NCBI GenBank assembly: GCA_028534125.1
Contig: CM052817.1
Coordinates: 68,078,001-68,142,000 of the forward strand
Length of the DNA: 64,000 bases
DNA from: Lama glama
Lineage: Eukaryota
Direction: 5' to 3'
A program made the translations under genes and the position numbers. The notes beneath the pieces are model-generated. The model saw nothing but the letters and a program-made list of their open reading frames with translations. It had not been told where the DNA came from and searched no databases. Within the stretch, counting starts at the first letter, position 1; each line of letters begins with the position of its first letter. Shown piece by piece: positions 48,998 to 62,569 of this stretch.

Positions 48998-51714
48998 AAG
49001 ATTGGGCATGTATCTGTGTGTTTTTGATAGAGATTTTCTTTTCTTTAGGATGGCACAGTGTTTTGGATTTGGAGGAGAAAAGAAAGGGAGGCTTGTTGCC
49101 TTTATTGAATCCTCAGTGTCCCTTCTGCCTAAAATCTGAAAAGAAATTGTACTGATCATAAGCCATATTTTTCTAGAAATTCTGCAGCAAATATGACAAA
49201 ATATTTGGTGACTGAAGGGACAATATGAACTGACCCTTTGTTTCAGACATGATCTATCAAGTGATCTGTAAAAACAAATAGCAAAATCATAAGAAGTATT
49301 AGGGAAATCTATATTAATATAGCATTATTAAAACACATTCCTCTGCAAACGCAAACCCACCAAACAGGTGTTTCCACAGGAAAGCATTAATGGGCCTTCT
49401 AGTACTAGTCGAAGCAATTCCATACAATGCATTGTTTTCTGCAATCAATGGACACTCTAAAGCTTGGCAGGCACATGAAACCAGATATAGGGCAGCTTTA
49501 GGCTGCTAGCATTTGCTGGTCTTTGTTTTCTTTGGGAGAAGAAAAAGGGAAACACAAATTTGCCCAAAGGATCCAGATAAACAATTTTTTACCCCGGTTT
49601 AAAACCTCCGTAAATCTGCTAGTATGATGAATTTTGTTTGTATTGTTGAAGTTTGTACTGTGTTAGCTTAATTGAGCAGGTTGTATATCAGTTTCCTGGA
49701 TACAGACAGTGGGAGCCATTGCAGTCTGCTTTTATGACTGTAGGTATACAGCACACGCTCTCTCTCTCTCTCTTTTTTTTTTTTTACAGTTCTGTCCCTT
49801 CAGGAAAAAAAAATCCAGGAGTCCAAAGTCCAGGCAATAAATTCTCCTAACCATTTCTTCTTGTCTCTAACAGTAAATATAACTTCTTTTGGTAGACTTC
49901 GCCATTCACTGATGCATTCATTCTATAAACATTTATAAAATAACTTTTATATACTATCTCTCTTTCTGTCACCAGGGAAGAGAAATGAATAGAATACAGG
50001 CCTTGCCTTTGAGTCCTTTCCAGAGGACAAATCAGAGCTACACAATATTATTGCCAGTGACGTCAAACATATTCTAATACACATAAAGGAAAGAACCAGG
50101 ATTTGTAAAAAGAGGCTAAGAGAACTCATACGTAGAACCACTACATACATGTGGGAGGTGATGTTTCAGCTGCAGGTAAGTTTTGGAGCCTGAATAAGGT
50201 TTATTGAGATAGACAAGGCAGGGACAAGCACTCTAGGGAAAGGAAACAGCAAGAGTAAAAGAATGAAGCACAGAAGAACTTTTGCCCTTTCTTTTTTTTC
50301 TCTGTCCTCTCACTTAATAATCTCTTTCCTGCCACTTTCTTTCATTTCTGTCATTTTAAAAAACTGATCCATCAAACAATAGGAAGTAAGTTTTAATGTA
50401 TATAAAACTGCTCAAAATGCTCAGAGGAAGGAGGCCCTGGAACTATAAATATAAACAAGCAATTTATAAAATATCACTGGGTTAATAGATTAGTGTTTCT
50501 GGAATCGTATTTTAATTTTCTGAAAAATATCTCAAGTCTATGGAAAGGAGAAGAGCATGCACACAAAGATTTATGTGCAAGGATGTTTAATGTCATGTCA
50601 TTTATAATAAAGAAAAATGGGAATACCTAAATTCTAACTTGAGACAACTAGTTATATAAATTATACATATTAATCTCTGACACAGAGAGATGTTCATTAC
50701 ATATTCTTAATTGAAATAGTTACAAAAATCTGCAAAGTATAGTCTCATATGTGTATAGAAATGTAAATAGAAAAGCACAGAAATAGAGGGATCATCGGAA
50801 GGAAAAAACAGCATGCTTTCTAGATTCTGGAATTGCAGATAATTTTAATTCTTCTTATCTTTCCTCATATTTTCAATACTGTCTATCATGAACATGTCTC
50901 ATTTTATAATCATAAGGAAAATCACAATAAATTTCAGCAGCAGGGGTTGGGGAATAAGCATATCCCTTAATAGTTTAATGGACTTACAGAATTTCAACTG
51001 TAATCTTTGGTTTCTAAATGAAAGGTCAAAACTAAATATAAAGAATGCCTGCTTGTCTCATAAAGGAGAACCTGCCCATTGGATTTGAATCGACTGGATA
51101 AACATTTGAAAAAAACTAAGTGAAGCTGTTATACCAATTCAAATACTTCTGCTTGCAATCAAACTTTCAAATGTTCTTCTGCTTTCAACTTTGAGTAAAC
51201 AACTCTTTAAAACATAACGCATATTTTGAATTAAACATGTTCACCTTTGGATGAACTTCAGGACATAACTTTAAAAGATTTCTGTGATGCAGAATTGAGA
51301 TTGGATTATTATTGGTTATTATTTTTTTGTGTCATACTTTTTTGTACCATAGTTTAGCTGCCAGATATAAAGTAGCATTTACCAATCAAGATGACCTTTG
51401 CTCTGCTAATAATGTTGCTTAGAAATAGGCTATTAAAATTTGTCTTTGGTGGTACCTGTTCTGATTTTAAAAGTGAAGTTTTAGTGTTTTAAAAGTTATT
51501 CTCTTCTTTCACAGATGAGAAATACATGATTAGTGAAGATATGACTTATTGATCTGTTGAAAATCATAGTAATAACTATATTTCTTTGTTGTTGACTATG
51601 GTCCAGTGTCACACGGTGGTAAAGGAGGTATAATTATGAGAAGTTAATTAGGCCAAAACAGTTAGAATGTAATTTCTTTTAAAAGATATGTATTTTCTCA
51701 ATAATGTTGTGTGT

Positions 51715-51950
51715 ATGTGGCATAATGGTTAGAACTGTATACCGAGTTTGAATTCTGACTCCATCATTTACTGTTTATAATGTTGGGAAATTACTTAAAC
51801 TTCCTAACGTTACTATCCTTCTTTGTAAAACAAGAGTTGTTGTACCTATTAAATGAGGCTCTTGTGAAAATTAAGTGCCACGATCCGTGAAAAGTTACTC
51901 AGAGTAAGTACCTTGCACATACTGAGTACTCAATAAATGTTAGCTAGTAA
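51715..51950 (+). mobile_element. MIR SINE
   Basis: gcataatggttag...gaaattacttaaac...ctcaataaatgttagcta. Confidence 0.75.
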
Positions 51951-53185
51951 TACATTTCTGTAGCATCTTTGCCGTCTAATTCAGAAAGAAGCAAAAACTC
52001 CTCAACTTATGTTTTGATTCTCTTTCATTCAATTATGTGCTTACAGGACACCTTTTCTAATTTTTGATCTGTAATGTACTAAATAGAAAGGTAAGACAGT
52101 AACTTTCTGTGGCAAGCGTTATAAGCACTTGTGGTTTTTTTCAAGCAGCTGTTCTTAAATCTGAGCTAAAAGATTTAATATATTCAAAACATCCAAATTA
52201 AACTTTCTCAACATGGGATAGTTCTGCATATGAGCCATTGGGTTCTGAGAATGTGCTCCCAAGATTCTGCAATGGTGGGATCTTTTCCACCAATCAAAAA
52301 AATTAACAAGAGTTTAGCTTGCCTTAGAGACTTTACTCTTCTGTTTTACATATTGGTACACAGGAATTTTTATTTGGGAAAAAAAAAACCTTGCCCTAAC
52401 CTCCACCCCACACCTAAGTAAATGAAGTATATTCTGTGGTCTAAGAAACTGCAGTTTTGGTGCCCACTTGAAGCCATTGTTTTCCAGGGGATCCTGAAGC
52501 CACAGGGAAGACACCTTCCTCTTTCTTTTATCTGGAAGGCTTAGACTGACCAAAAGGAGGAGGGCTTTGGAAGCTGTTCTTTACTGATAGGTTTTTTGTT
52601 TTTTTAAATCACAATGCTTTGGTGTAATAAGCTAATTGAGATACCAACTTTCAGAAATGAAAAACTTTCATTTCTAGGTTTTTTTTTTTTATCTTGAGCT
52701 CTCATAATTCTCCTAATACCTATCACTGCTTTTGTCGAGGACTCAAATCAGATGGCATTTCAGAAAATACTTATTTTTCCTTCGAGTTTATATGTAAGCC
52801 TATTTCTTGTCCTTTTTGTGGACAAATATGTGGAGTACTTATCTTCAAGTCACCAGTCTGATAACAATTTTCTTCCCTCTGTGGCTCATAGTCAAAGCAG
52901 TGCTTCCCTCTACACTAGTATTAAAGGTAGGAAAAGAGACCTTGGTGACTGTCTGGGAAATAAATCATCCCCCAAAAGGGAATTCCTAAAATTAAAGGCT
53001 ATATTTTAAAATGAAATAAGACTTGGTAACTCAGCATTTATATTGGAGAGAAGCTTTTATTGGCCAAAAGAAAGGTACTGATTTGGATTTAATATAATCA
53101 ATAGACTTCTGAAAATGTCTTACATGAGGGTTACATATATAAATTCACTGATAGTTAGATTACCCAGTTTTGTCTGTTTGTTCAG

Positions 53186-53336
53186 TTATTTATTTTGAGT
53201 TTTTTTAGGGGAGGTAGTTAGGTTTATCTATTTTTTCATTTGTTTATTTGTTTTTTAACAGAGGTCCTGGGTATTGAACCCAGGACCTCGTGCATGCTAA
53301 GCACGCACTCTACCACTGAGCTATTCCTTCCCCTCC
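53186..53336 (-). mobile_element. Vic-1-type camelid SINE
   Basis: Reverse complement reads ggaatagctcagtggtagagtgcgtgcttagcatgcacgaggtcctgggttcaatacccagg plus an A-rich tail. Confidence 0.9.
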
Positions 53337-53491
53337 TTGTTTATTTTAACATTATAAGTAACTCTAAAAATCTACCTTAAAGGTAATTTAATCATCTAAA
53401 ACTACTAGGCTCTTTCTCATAGTTCTGTAGTTACCAAAAACTAGAGGTGGAGAGGTTTATAAGGAAAACAGGTCTTACACCAAATTTTCTG

Positions 53492-53518
53492 TCTCTCTCT
53501 CTCACACACACACACACA
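53492..53518. repeat. Short (TC)n(AC)n compound microsatellite
   Basis: tctctctctctcacacacacacacaca. Confidence 0.85.
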
Positions 53519-54554
53519 AAACAGTCAATACCACTTGTATAAAATTGGGTTAAGTTCACCCTCTCTGCATTTTGGGTGCTCAGACACAGTTGCATAACTG
53601 GGGGCAGATACCTATATTCTAATGGCAAGTCCTACACACACAGTCACACCTCGTGCCATAACTATATACGAAATATTTCTCTCAGAGCCTGTCAGAGGAG
53701 TCAAGATCCCTTCTGCTAGATCAAGCTTCTTTCCTTGGTGACAGGTTAAAACAGCTGCCCACAGTCTGCCCGAGATGGGGTTAAATATCCCACTGAACAG
53801 TCTGGTTAGTGAAGCTCCCTCCACAAGCTCTCTCTTGGGGAGAACACAGTCCAGTTCAGAGTCTCTGAGCAGTTTCTCCTTTCTCACCTTCTGTGTTCTC
53901 ACTAAATCTCTCTTATTCTTGCCTTCTAAAACTCCCTCTATTTTCTCAACCTACTCGCATCCTAAAAACTTTTTGTTTCTTTACAATTCTGATTTTCAGC
54001 CTTATAATCCCACTCCCAAAATGGCCTGCAGATTTTGTTTATACACTATTCATACTGATATTAGGGCAAATATTAGCACATTTAGAATCAAATGGTGTAT
54101 TTGTTTTTAAGTTTGTCTCTGGTTGCTCTGGGTTGCTCCTAATCTACATATATATTGTCACAAGAAAGGGAGGGGGGAAATATCTGTGTGGAGATTGACC
54201 ACAAAATGGGCTATTTGTCTTTGAGAGTCTAGCCAAACTATGCCACAGTTTACAACTGTGAATTAGAGGAGAAATTGTGTCTGGCTTAATAACATGTTGT
54301 GGGAAGTGGGGAGAAATGGTTTAGGCATCAAGAGACTCCATTCTGGTTCTGGGTTTGCAACTGATCAACTGGATGACCTTGCACAATTACTTAAGTTTTT
54401 GGATATCAGTTTCCTAAAATGTAGGTGGTTAAGGCTGAAAATCGAATTCAATGTTCACTGGCTCTGACAATCAGTTTTTTGGAATCACCTGCTCAGAGGC
54501 CACAGGAAAGGCAGAGATTGTTCTTTTTATGAAGAAAAATGTACTTTGATGGGA

Positions 54555-54775
54555 AAGGCACAGATCTGAGAGCTGGCACACTTGAGCTAGACTCTTATTT
54601 CTGCCTCTACCAGATGTTCTAGAGTGAAGCTATGTAACTGCCTTTAGCCTCATCTCTCCATCTGTGAACAAGAACGTTAATGTTTGCCTCCTGGAGTTAT
54701 TCCGAGGATTGCATGAGTTACACTATGCAAATGATATGCACACAGTAGATGGTCTATAAATGGTAGCTAGTCTTA
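54555..54775 (+). mobile_element. MIR SINE
   Basis: ttagcctcatctctccatctgtgaa...gaggattgcatgagtta...aaatggtagcta. Confidence 0.65.
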
Positions 54776-57139
54776 ATGCTCTTGTTGGCTTATTGATCTA
54801 AAAAGGAGACAGTATTTTGACTGGGGATGACTTGAAGAATTCAGTGCTATAAAGAACTTAGTAACTAGTAGATTGTTTAAAATGTCCAACACAGAAATGT
54901 TTAAATGTTTCAAGTAAAAAGGGAAAATTCCCCTCTTCTCCCCTCTAGGTCCACTGTCTGTATATGTATCTTTCCAGACTTTTCCTAAATGTGAAATACA
55001 TAAATATAATTGCTTTCTTTCATAAAAATATGTTATATATACTATTAGATAAAAATTCTTGAATGATAAATGGAAAGAAATAATCTCTATTTCTTGATTT
55101 AATAAGAAAACAGTAGCTTTGGAGTAAAATATTAGCTGTGATCAAAGTGGAAAGAAGAAGATATCTCCATGTCACTCTAGCTTTTTTTTTTTTTAACAAA
55201 GCCTCTGTAGGTGTTGTTTTTATTAGACGCTAATCACAATACTTTAAAATAAATCATTAAAGCTTCAAGACTAAAACCATTATTCAAATAATCATGTTAG
55301 TTGGGCGAAGTAAAATCATATACACATTGCTTAATTTGAAGGAAATTTTCTGAATGTGTGGATCATAAATTAAAAAACAACTCTCCCAGATGCTACTAGC
55401 CCCTTTTCCTGCAAAGCCACTTGCTTTCAGCCTAAAGAAGTTTTGCAAACACAGAGGATGATCAGAAAGGATAGAGATGCTCTGCTGTTATTTGTTACTC
55501 TGAGTGCAAACTGACCTAGTTATGGTTGCTATGGATACCATAATTTTGAATTTAATACTATTCTCTGAAGGCGTAGCAATACAGATCCACAAAATGTAGA
55601 GCCCAATCTGGATCTCAGCCTTGAAAGGTGAAGAAACTGAGTCAGAGAGGCTGGATAGTTTATCTCTAAGAGTCTTAGAGTAATCTCAGAATTAATGAGG
55701 CTGATGTCTATGATTAGTTCAGTGGTCAATGTACTTTTAAAGGTCACTCAGTCCATTAAAAAATGCTCCTTAGCTTAAGTGATTTACATGAGTCCTTGCT
55801 GCACTTATTAAAAATATGTTCTTTCTCCTCATAATCTACAACTACTACTTTTCACCTCCAAACTAAGAAAGCACATGTATCTGCTTGGAGTCAATATACT
55901 GAGTTCTTACAGCAAATGGGTTTCTGCACGAACAAAAACCAAGTGAAATAAAAAAGAAAATCCTTAAAGGTGGAAGAAAAGAAGATCGTTTCTTTTAACT
56001 TGAGTCTCTAGGATCACTTAGGGGTCATATATTCTGAGTCTGCAGTGTATAATCCTGCATATGAAACAAGGTACTGTGACATGTAAATTTAAATATTCAA
56101 CTACATTATTAAGATTTTATTCTTCAATAAATGGTTTTCTAATTATTCATGGTTACAATAAAAGAAACAGAAAGCTGGCTGCTTACAACTAAAATAAAAA
56201 GTCCCTATAGTTCTATCTCATACTTAGAAGCTAGTTAATGCCAATTAAACCCAAATTTTGGGAAATAAAGATGGGAGAAATTGGAGAGGAGGCAAAAAAA
56301 AAAAAAGTCTTCTGGACTCTCCCTGGAAAATGAGAACAATTCATCTTCTGTATCAATCATTTTGACTCAAGTTGCAGTTCTGCTGGAATAACTGTTAAAT
56401 GAATTCTGAAGAGCATGAACTGTTGGAAATTGAATCAACCCAATGCTCTGACTTAGATACTGACATCATTAAATAGATGGTTTTCAAAGATTCTGGGGAC
56501 ACTTTTTCTTGCTTATGTAGCTGGTTTTGATCATAGCCAGGCTATCCCAGGCACTTGTGAAGATTCTTCCCCTTCCCAAGATAGGTTCCCCCGCCGGCCC
56601 CCACTCACTTCGCCCACCAACAACCTTGAAAATCTTGCAACGGATGATTCATTACAGCTGAGACAAAGGCCCAAGTACGACCATATGTCATTGCTAAAAT
56701 TACTTCAGTCAAAAGGATAAAAACATTAGAAAGTTTAGCTCCTTCAGACCTCAGCTCCCATCCATCGTTTGTTGACAGGATTATTATGCTGCTGCTCCAT
56801 CAGTGCATTAACAAAAGTTGTTGCTTTCAGGAAGCAGAGCAGTGGGTATAGAAACACAGCTACAGATAGCAGGGTCCCTATGAACAATTTATAGTTGAAT
56901 AGGAAGCTCTCAAAGCTGGCTTTATGGTCATCTCACAAATGCATTAATGACCTCATCTTTGAGGAAGTAATATTCTCTGATTTTCTCTTTTGTTTCCAGA
57001 TCTATATCCTCCTTTTCTGGGAAGAGAATACTAATCAGAGAGAGAGAAAAAAAATCCTGCTGCTTACAGCAAAGCCTTTCCTCATAAATCAGTAGCTTGC
57101 AAAAGACCTAAAGCTGCTATTTCTGACCCCCACAAAAAC

Positions 57140-58245
57140 AAGCATTTATTGATCTCATATTGCTAGTCATGAGATTTCAAAGGCAAATAATTTGAAGAGC
57201 TTATAATCTAACGAGTCACAGAGTATACAGAGCTCCCACTGCTAAGACAGAGGTATGCCGCCATGTGATTGCAGAAGAGGCTGTGAGTGATTGTTCTCAG
57301 GGGACAGGAGGGAAATGTCACAGAAGAGGGGAAGTTTAAGTTGGGTCTTGAAGAATAAGTAGGACTTCACAGGATGCGGAGAGCTATTCCAAGTAAAAGA
57401 AACAGCTTGAACAAGATCAATCCTAGAAGACGACAGAATACGGAGTAGGTAATGGGAATATATGAGTCAGATTGCATTTTCCAAAGATAACCACAGCAAT
57501 TGCTCCCCTTTTGTAAATTCTTCTTATAATGCAACTTTGATACCCCTCCCATTGAGAGGGTGGGGGTCTATGTTCCCTCTCCTTGAATCTGGGTAGGCTC
57601 TGAGATGATGGTGGAAGTGACACTATGTGACTTCATTGAATAGGTCATACCAGTGGATATAGTTTCTGCCTAGTTCTCTTAGAACACTCTCCTGCGTAGT
57701 CCTGAGCCACGATTAAATAAGCAGTCTGACTTCTCTAGGCTGCCACGATGTGAAGGAAGCTCAAACTAGCCCATGTGGAGAGATGAAGGAGGCCCTGAAA
57801 CCATAGGAAGAGAGAAAGCTGCCTGGTCGACCTGTGGCTATTCTAGCTGCCTGCTGTTCCAGCTCCAGCAAACATCCACCTACAAGGACATGAGGGAGCC
57901 GCATCAGAACTGCTTAGCTGAGCCTTCCCTGAATTCCCCATCCAAGGAAGCTGTGAGCGCTAATACAGTGGTAATCATTGCTGGAAGCAACTGTTTTGAG
58001 GGTGATTTGTTATTCAGCAATCAATAACTAGAAGAGTAAGTGATTGGAAACGAAACTGGACAGTCTGATTGAAGCCTACGGAATGTTTGGATTTCTTTCT
58101 ACATGCAGTCGGAAACCATCTGTCAAGCTTTTTAATCTGAAGAATGACATGATCAAATTTATGGTTAAAAAGGAAATTCAAGAGGCACTGGGTAAGATGA
58201 ATAGGAGTAGGGAGACATCGGGAGAATGCTGCAGGAACTGTCCAA
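57140..58245 (-). mobile_element. L2 fragment interrupted by an MLT1 LTR
   Basis: agcatttattga...gagcttataatcta...gggtcttgaagaataagtagga; L2 resumes after 58035. Confidence 0.65.
57463..58035 (+). mobile_element. MaLR solo LTR (MLT1G/H-like)
   Basis: attgcattttccaaagata...tctatgttccctctccttgaatctggg...gatttgttattcagcaat. Confidence 0.8.
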
Positions 58246-58424
58246 GTTTAACTGTGCATCAAAATCTCTTGAGATGTTGGTCAGATTTCAGATCCCTCAG
58301 GTTCATCCCAAAGGATAAAGGATAGATAGGTAGTGGACAATTGTTTCTAGATGCCTTTAATGGTGAAAAAAAAAGTGCCTTTGTGTGCACTTTTTGTATG
58401 GCAGGTAGTTTGCTAGCATTTTAC

Positions 58425-58590
58425 ATAGAGCAGAGTGGCTAAGACCTCAGGCTTTGCTACACAAAAGGCCTGAATTTGAGTCTTTACTCTATTATTTACG
58501 AGTTGTGTCATCCTGGGAAAATTACTCAAATTCTCTGAGCCTGTTTCCAGTATCTGTAAAATATGGATATGATTCTACCTTCCTCACTAT
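58425..58590 (+). mobile_element. MIR SINE
   Basis: agtggctaagac...gttgtgtcatcctgggaaaattactcaaattctctgagcctgtttcc...atctgtaaaat. Confidence 0.7.
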
Positions 58591-58699
58591 TCTACCTACG
58601 TATAATCCTTCTACCCAGTAGTTGTCTGATAAACAGAAACTACTGCAAACTTTCCCAGAAGTGTTATTCCCACGGGTTTCAACTTCCTTACCTCCTTTA

Positions 58700-59500
58700 A
58701 TGGAGCCCCTTCCACTCCTCCTTATACCTCTATCTCTTTACTTAAACTGTTTTGGAAAAGTTTATAGATGACCAACATTGTGCCAAATTCAAGGAATCAT
58801 CTTCTACTGTCATTTTATCTGGCCTGTCAGCAGACTGACGACCCTTCATTTTGGAAACGCTTCCTTCCAGACTTTCCCGAGGCCACATTCTCCTGCTTTT
58901 TTCCCACCTCAGTGGCTGTCCTCTTCTGCCTTCTTTGCTGGCTTTTCCTCCAATCCCACCTCTAAATTTAGAGTTCTCCAGGGCTTAACTTTGATCTTTC
59001 TCATCAAGATGCACTTTCTTCCTGAATGGTCTCATCAATCCATGGTTTAAAATATTATGTAAATTCTGATGACTCCCAATTTTTAATCTAAAATCTAAAT
59101 AGTGACTTCACATTTACAAATCCAGAGTCTACCTGATACTTGCCTTGAGTATCTTACAGCCATCTTAACCTTAATCAGTCTTAAATGGAATTCCTGACAA
59201 CCACACCGAACTTCATCTTTCTCTCGTCCTTCTTTCTTCCTACGTTAGCAGATAGCACCTACGTCCTGCTAATGAGTCACTCTTAAAACCTGAAATTCAT
59301 CCTTTATTCCTCTTTCTACTCACTCACCTCAATCAAAGCATGTACAAGTTCTGGCAGTTCAACTTTTAAAACGTACCTGAATCCATCAACATTTCTCCAT
59401 TTCTACCACCACTACCAGGTCCAGGCACTTCTTGCCTGGACCCCTGTGGTAAGTTCCTAATGTATACAAATAAGTTCTTTTACTTTCTCCAATCCAATTT
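58700..59500 (+). mobile_element. L2 fragment
   Basis: ctgatgactcccaa...gcatcttaacctta...tttctccatttctaccacc...tcttgcctggac. Confidence 0.7.
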
Positions 59501-59699
59501 ATTTATGATTTTATTCAAGAGATGTGATCTCTGTTCTGGAATTAGGAGTTTTACAGCCTAAGGGCACTGGGTCTTAGAATCTGGAAATCACATAATTCTA
59601 GACCTGAAATAGATTTCTGTATCATTTAATCTACACCCTACATCAACAAGGATAGTCTAGGTTTTTGCTAAAGGAGTTTAAAAAAAAAAAACAAAAACA

Positions 59700-60037
59700 A
59701 AAAAACACAGCATCAAATCTTGGTGACTTAAAGTACCGAAGAAATCTTTCTGCTCAAACTATACAACCATTATGCGGTGTCTGGGGGCTGTACTCCAAGT
59801 CATTCTCATTGCAGGACTCATCTGATGGAGCAAATCCTGCCTGGAATCTTGCCACTCACCATGGACGAGGGAAAGAAAGCTACAGATCACACACTAGTCC
59901 TCAACACTTTTCCAGAAGTAACACACATCAATCGGTTCCTTTGGCCAAATCAAATTACATGGCCACACATAAGTTGGGAGGGTGCAGGGCAGTGCAATAC
60001 TCTGCAAACATATTCAGTGAATAGCTCCAATGACTAA
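59700..60037 (-). mobile_element. MaLR LTR (MLT1L-like)
   Basis: ctgatggagca...ctggaa...ccagaagtaacacac...ttggccaaa...acatggccac. Confidence 0.6.
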
Positions 60038-60529
60038 CTCAATCCTTACCTTTTACAGATGAAAGAATTGGGACCTATAGAGATGTCACTTGTAATATTG
60101 TGAAGCTGATTTATGTCTTAGCCAAAACTAAAACTGGGTCTTGGATTCACTGTTTAGTACCTTTTAAAATAATGAACCAGAAACTGCTTATTCTTAACTC
60201 TAAATAAAATTAATTTAATTTTATTTATTTAAGTAATGTAAAATCCCTGTATTGAAATTCTTTTGTACCTCTGTCATAAAATATAAAACATAGACAAATT
60301 AGTGGCCTTGTTCCTCCAGGTTCACTAATGTTCTAGCAAAATGCTCAGTGACAAAACACTCACAAGCTCTCTAACCTAGCCGCTTTCATTGCCAGCAAAA
60401 CTAAACCATGTTTTATGCTGGTGATTCTAAACACATTGGCTTAAACAGTGTCAGAGAGATAAGCAAGAGAACTGTGAATTTATTTTCTAATCAAGCACTG
60501 TCTGTTGAATCCCTTGGAAATGTACTGAC

Positions 60530-61017
60530 AAGAACTCCAACCAACACTGGCTTTGGGAAGGGAGGTTCCTCTTTCTCCTCGTAACAAGTCTAAAGGTGGA
60601 TGGCTGCCAGTATTGGTTCAATAGCTCAATGTTATCAGAGCCAGTGGTTCTCTTGGTCCCTTCTCATGGACACAGGGTGACTGTAACTGCTCCATGCACT
60701 ACATCTGTGATCAAGTCTGGATGAAGGGAGAAGGATGAAGCCAGCTGTTACCAAATCTTTTATTAGAGAAGCAAAAGCTGTCCCTGAATCAACTCCCTGC
60801 CCCTCCATTCTAGCAGATTACTACTGAGGTCCCATTTGCCAGGACTGGGATGACATAGCCACCCCTAGTGACGACAGAGACTAGAAAATAGGACATAAAA
60901 TTATCATCATGATTGACCAAGCCTAATACTGCCTTGAACAAAATAGGGATCCGTTGGCATGGAGTGGGAGGGGGTGGGAATGAATATTGAGAAAGCAACT
61001 AACAGGGTCTGTCCCAT
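60530..61017 (-). mobile_element. MaLR LTR (MLT1K-like)
   Basis: ttggttcaatagctcaatg...agagaagcaaaagc...cccatttgccaggactgg...gcaactaacagggtctg. Confidence 0.6.
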
Positions 61018-61184
61018 TCACTGAGTGACTAAAAAGTGGTTTTGAAAGAATTTATCTATTGTTTTTAAAGTTGACACAGAAACTATTGTGAATAAATGAA
61101 AATAAATATTTACTACTGAATTAATTGTAGCCATATTATATGTCTTCCCAACTGATGAGTTTTTAAAATATAATAAAGCTACTA

Positions 61185-61740
61185 CAGTCAGTTCTGCTAT
61201 AATGCTTTGTTTTGAAAACATAAATTTGTTCCAACAAAACTGATGTATTAGGGAACTGTTTGAGCATGACACAATTTCACATTTACTTATGTGTGAGCTC
61301 ATCCGCTCAAAATACTAGGTGAATGCAGAAAACTGTACCCAGATGCCAAAGGGGAGCACACAAAACTCACACGTGTATACCCCTCAGATTACCAGTGCCT
61401 TCAGCTCACCACCTGTGGTACTGGCCACACCCACCCACGTTTGGTGACGTACATTTCCATCCAATTTCCAATACCACTTCTTCCGACACTGACTATAACT
61501 CTTAAGCTGTAACTTTTCTAATGCCCACTTCCACAAGCAACTGTCAATTCTTTTTAATATAAATTGCTATGTTTATTGCAGTTTTCATGGATTTCTTAAC
61601 CATTTATCACATGTAAAACTGTGCTAGCATTTTTTTTAAATTTGCTGTTTTTGTATGGATCACTGACAAAGTTTTTGAGTGCTGTGATCCTAACCTAGTA
61701 TTTCTCATAAGCCTTGTACTTTTAATTGCATGACTTTGTG
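61185..61740 (+). mobile_element. Tigger13a-like DNA transposon fossil
   Basis: TA followed by cagtcagttctgctataatgc...aatttgttccaac...gcccacttccacaagcaa. Confidence 0.7.
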
Positions 61741-62569
61741 GTAGTAATATATGTTAGTATATGTCTGTTTAGTAACCAGGTGCATACATACAAACCATAA
61801 AAACATATATGTATACATAATATTAGAATACAATGGAGATGTCTTTAATGTGAATCAAAAAAAGCTCATTTTACATCTTAGCAGTGAATGTGCTTTTAAA
61901 AACATTTATTAAATGTACTTGGGATGTCTTGTTAAAAAAAAACAACTATCAATTATATTAAATAAAATCCATTCAACATGCCAAGCTATATATAGATGTC
62001 TTTATAGTGGGTGAAGATCTGTCATTTATCTTTTAAGATAATTATACAAATTGTATTCAGCCCACATATCCTGAGTTGGAAAAATCATTTTTAATCTCTT
62101 TTTCCTCATTTATAAACCTTGTCTAACAAGAGCTAACCACGATTCAGACTGGGTGGCACGAAGCGGGATTTTGTCAGTCTCTTTACAATAGAAAAGCGTC
62201 TACTTTCCTCCGTGGGGGCTCTCTTTTCTTTAACAAGGGCCTACAAAACACTCTGCACATTCCCAGAGGTTCTGAGGATTTCCCCCTTGAGAAATCTCAG
62301 TAAATACGATGAAAAACAACTTCAAAAAATTAATGAAAGCCCTTCACTATTTGCCTTTCTCCAGCCCCACCCCCCTTACCCCCATCCTTTCCACTTTCTG
62401 CGCGTCTTTTCTCAGTTTCAAACATTTTTTCTTCCTCTTATTTTCCCAAGGTCAGTTGCCTTTTTCGGGCACTCCATCTGCTAAAGGGATGGAGAAAAGA
62501 TCTTATACAGAAATCACATTCTGACTCAGTTCTTGTTTTCCCAGGGTCCAGGACTTGGGAGGACAGGGT

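Noticed and set aside
11072..52675. Small inverted repeats (11072-11085, 38741-38760, 52653-52675) and short tandem duplications (near 12312, 32700 and 33047)
   Set aside because: They are isolated, short and unrelated to each other, as expected from chance or replication slippage.
48811..53336. tRNA-Ala-like sequences near 48.8 kb and 53.3 kb as tRNA genes
   Set aside because: G-rich 5' extension, A-rich tails, a TSD on the first copy and stem mismatches mark them as SINEs.
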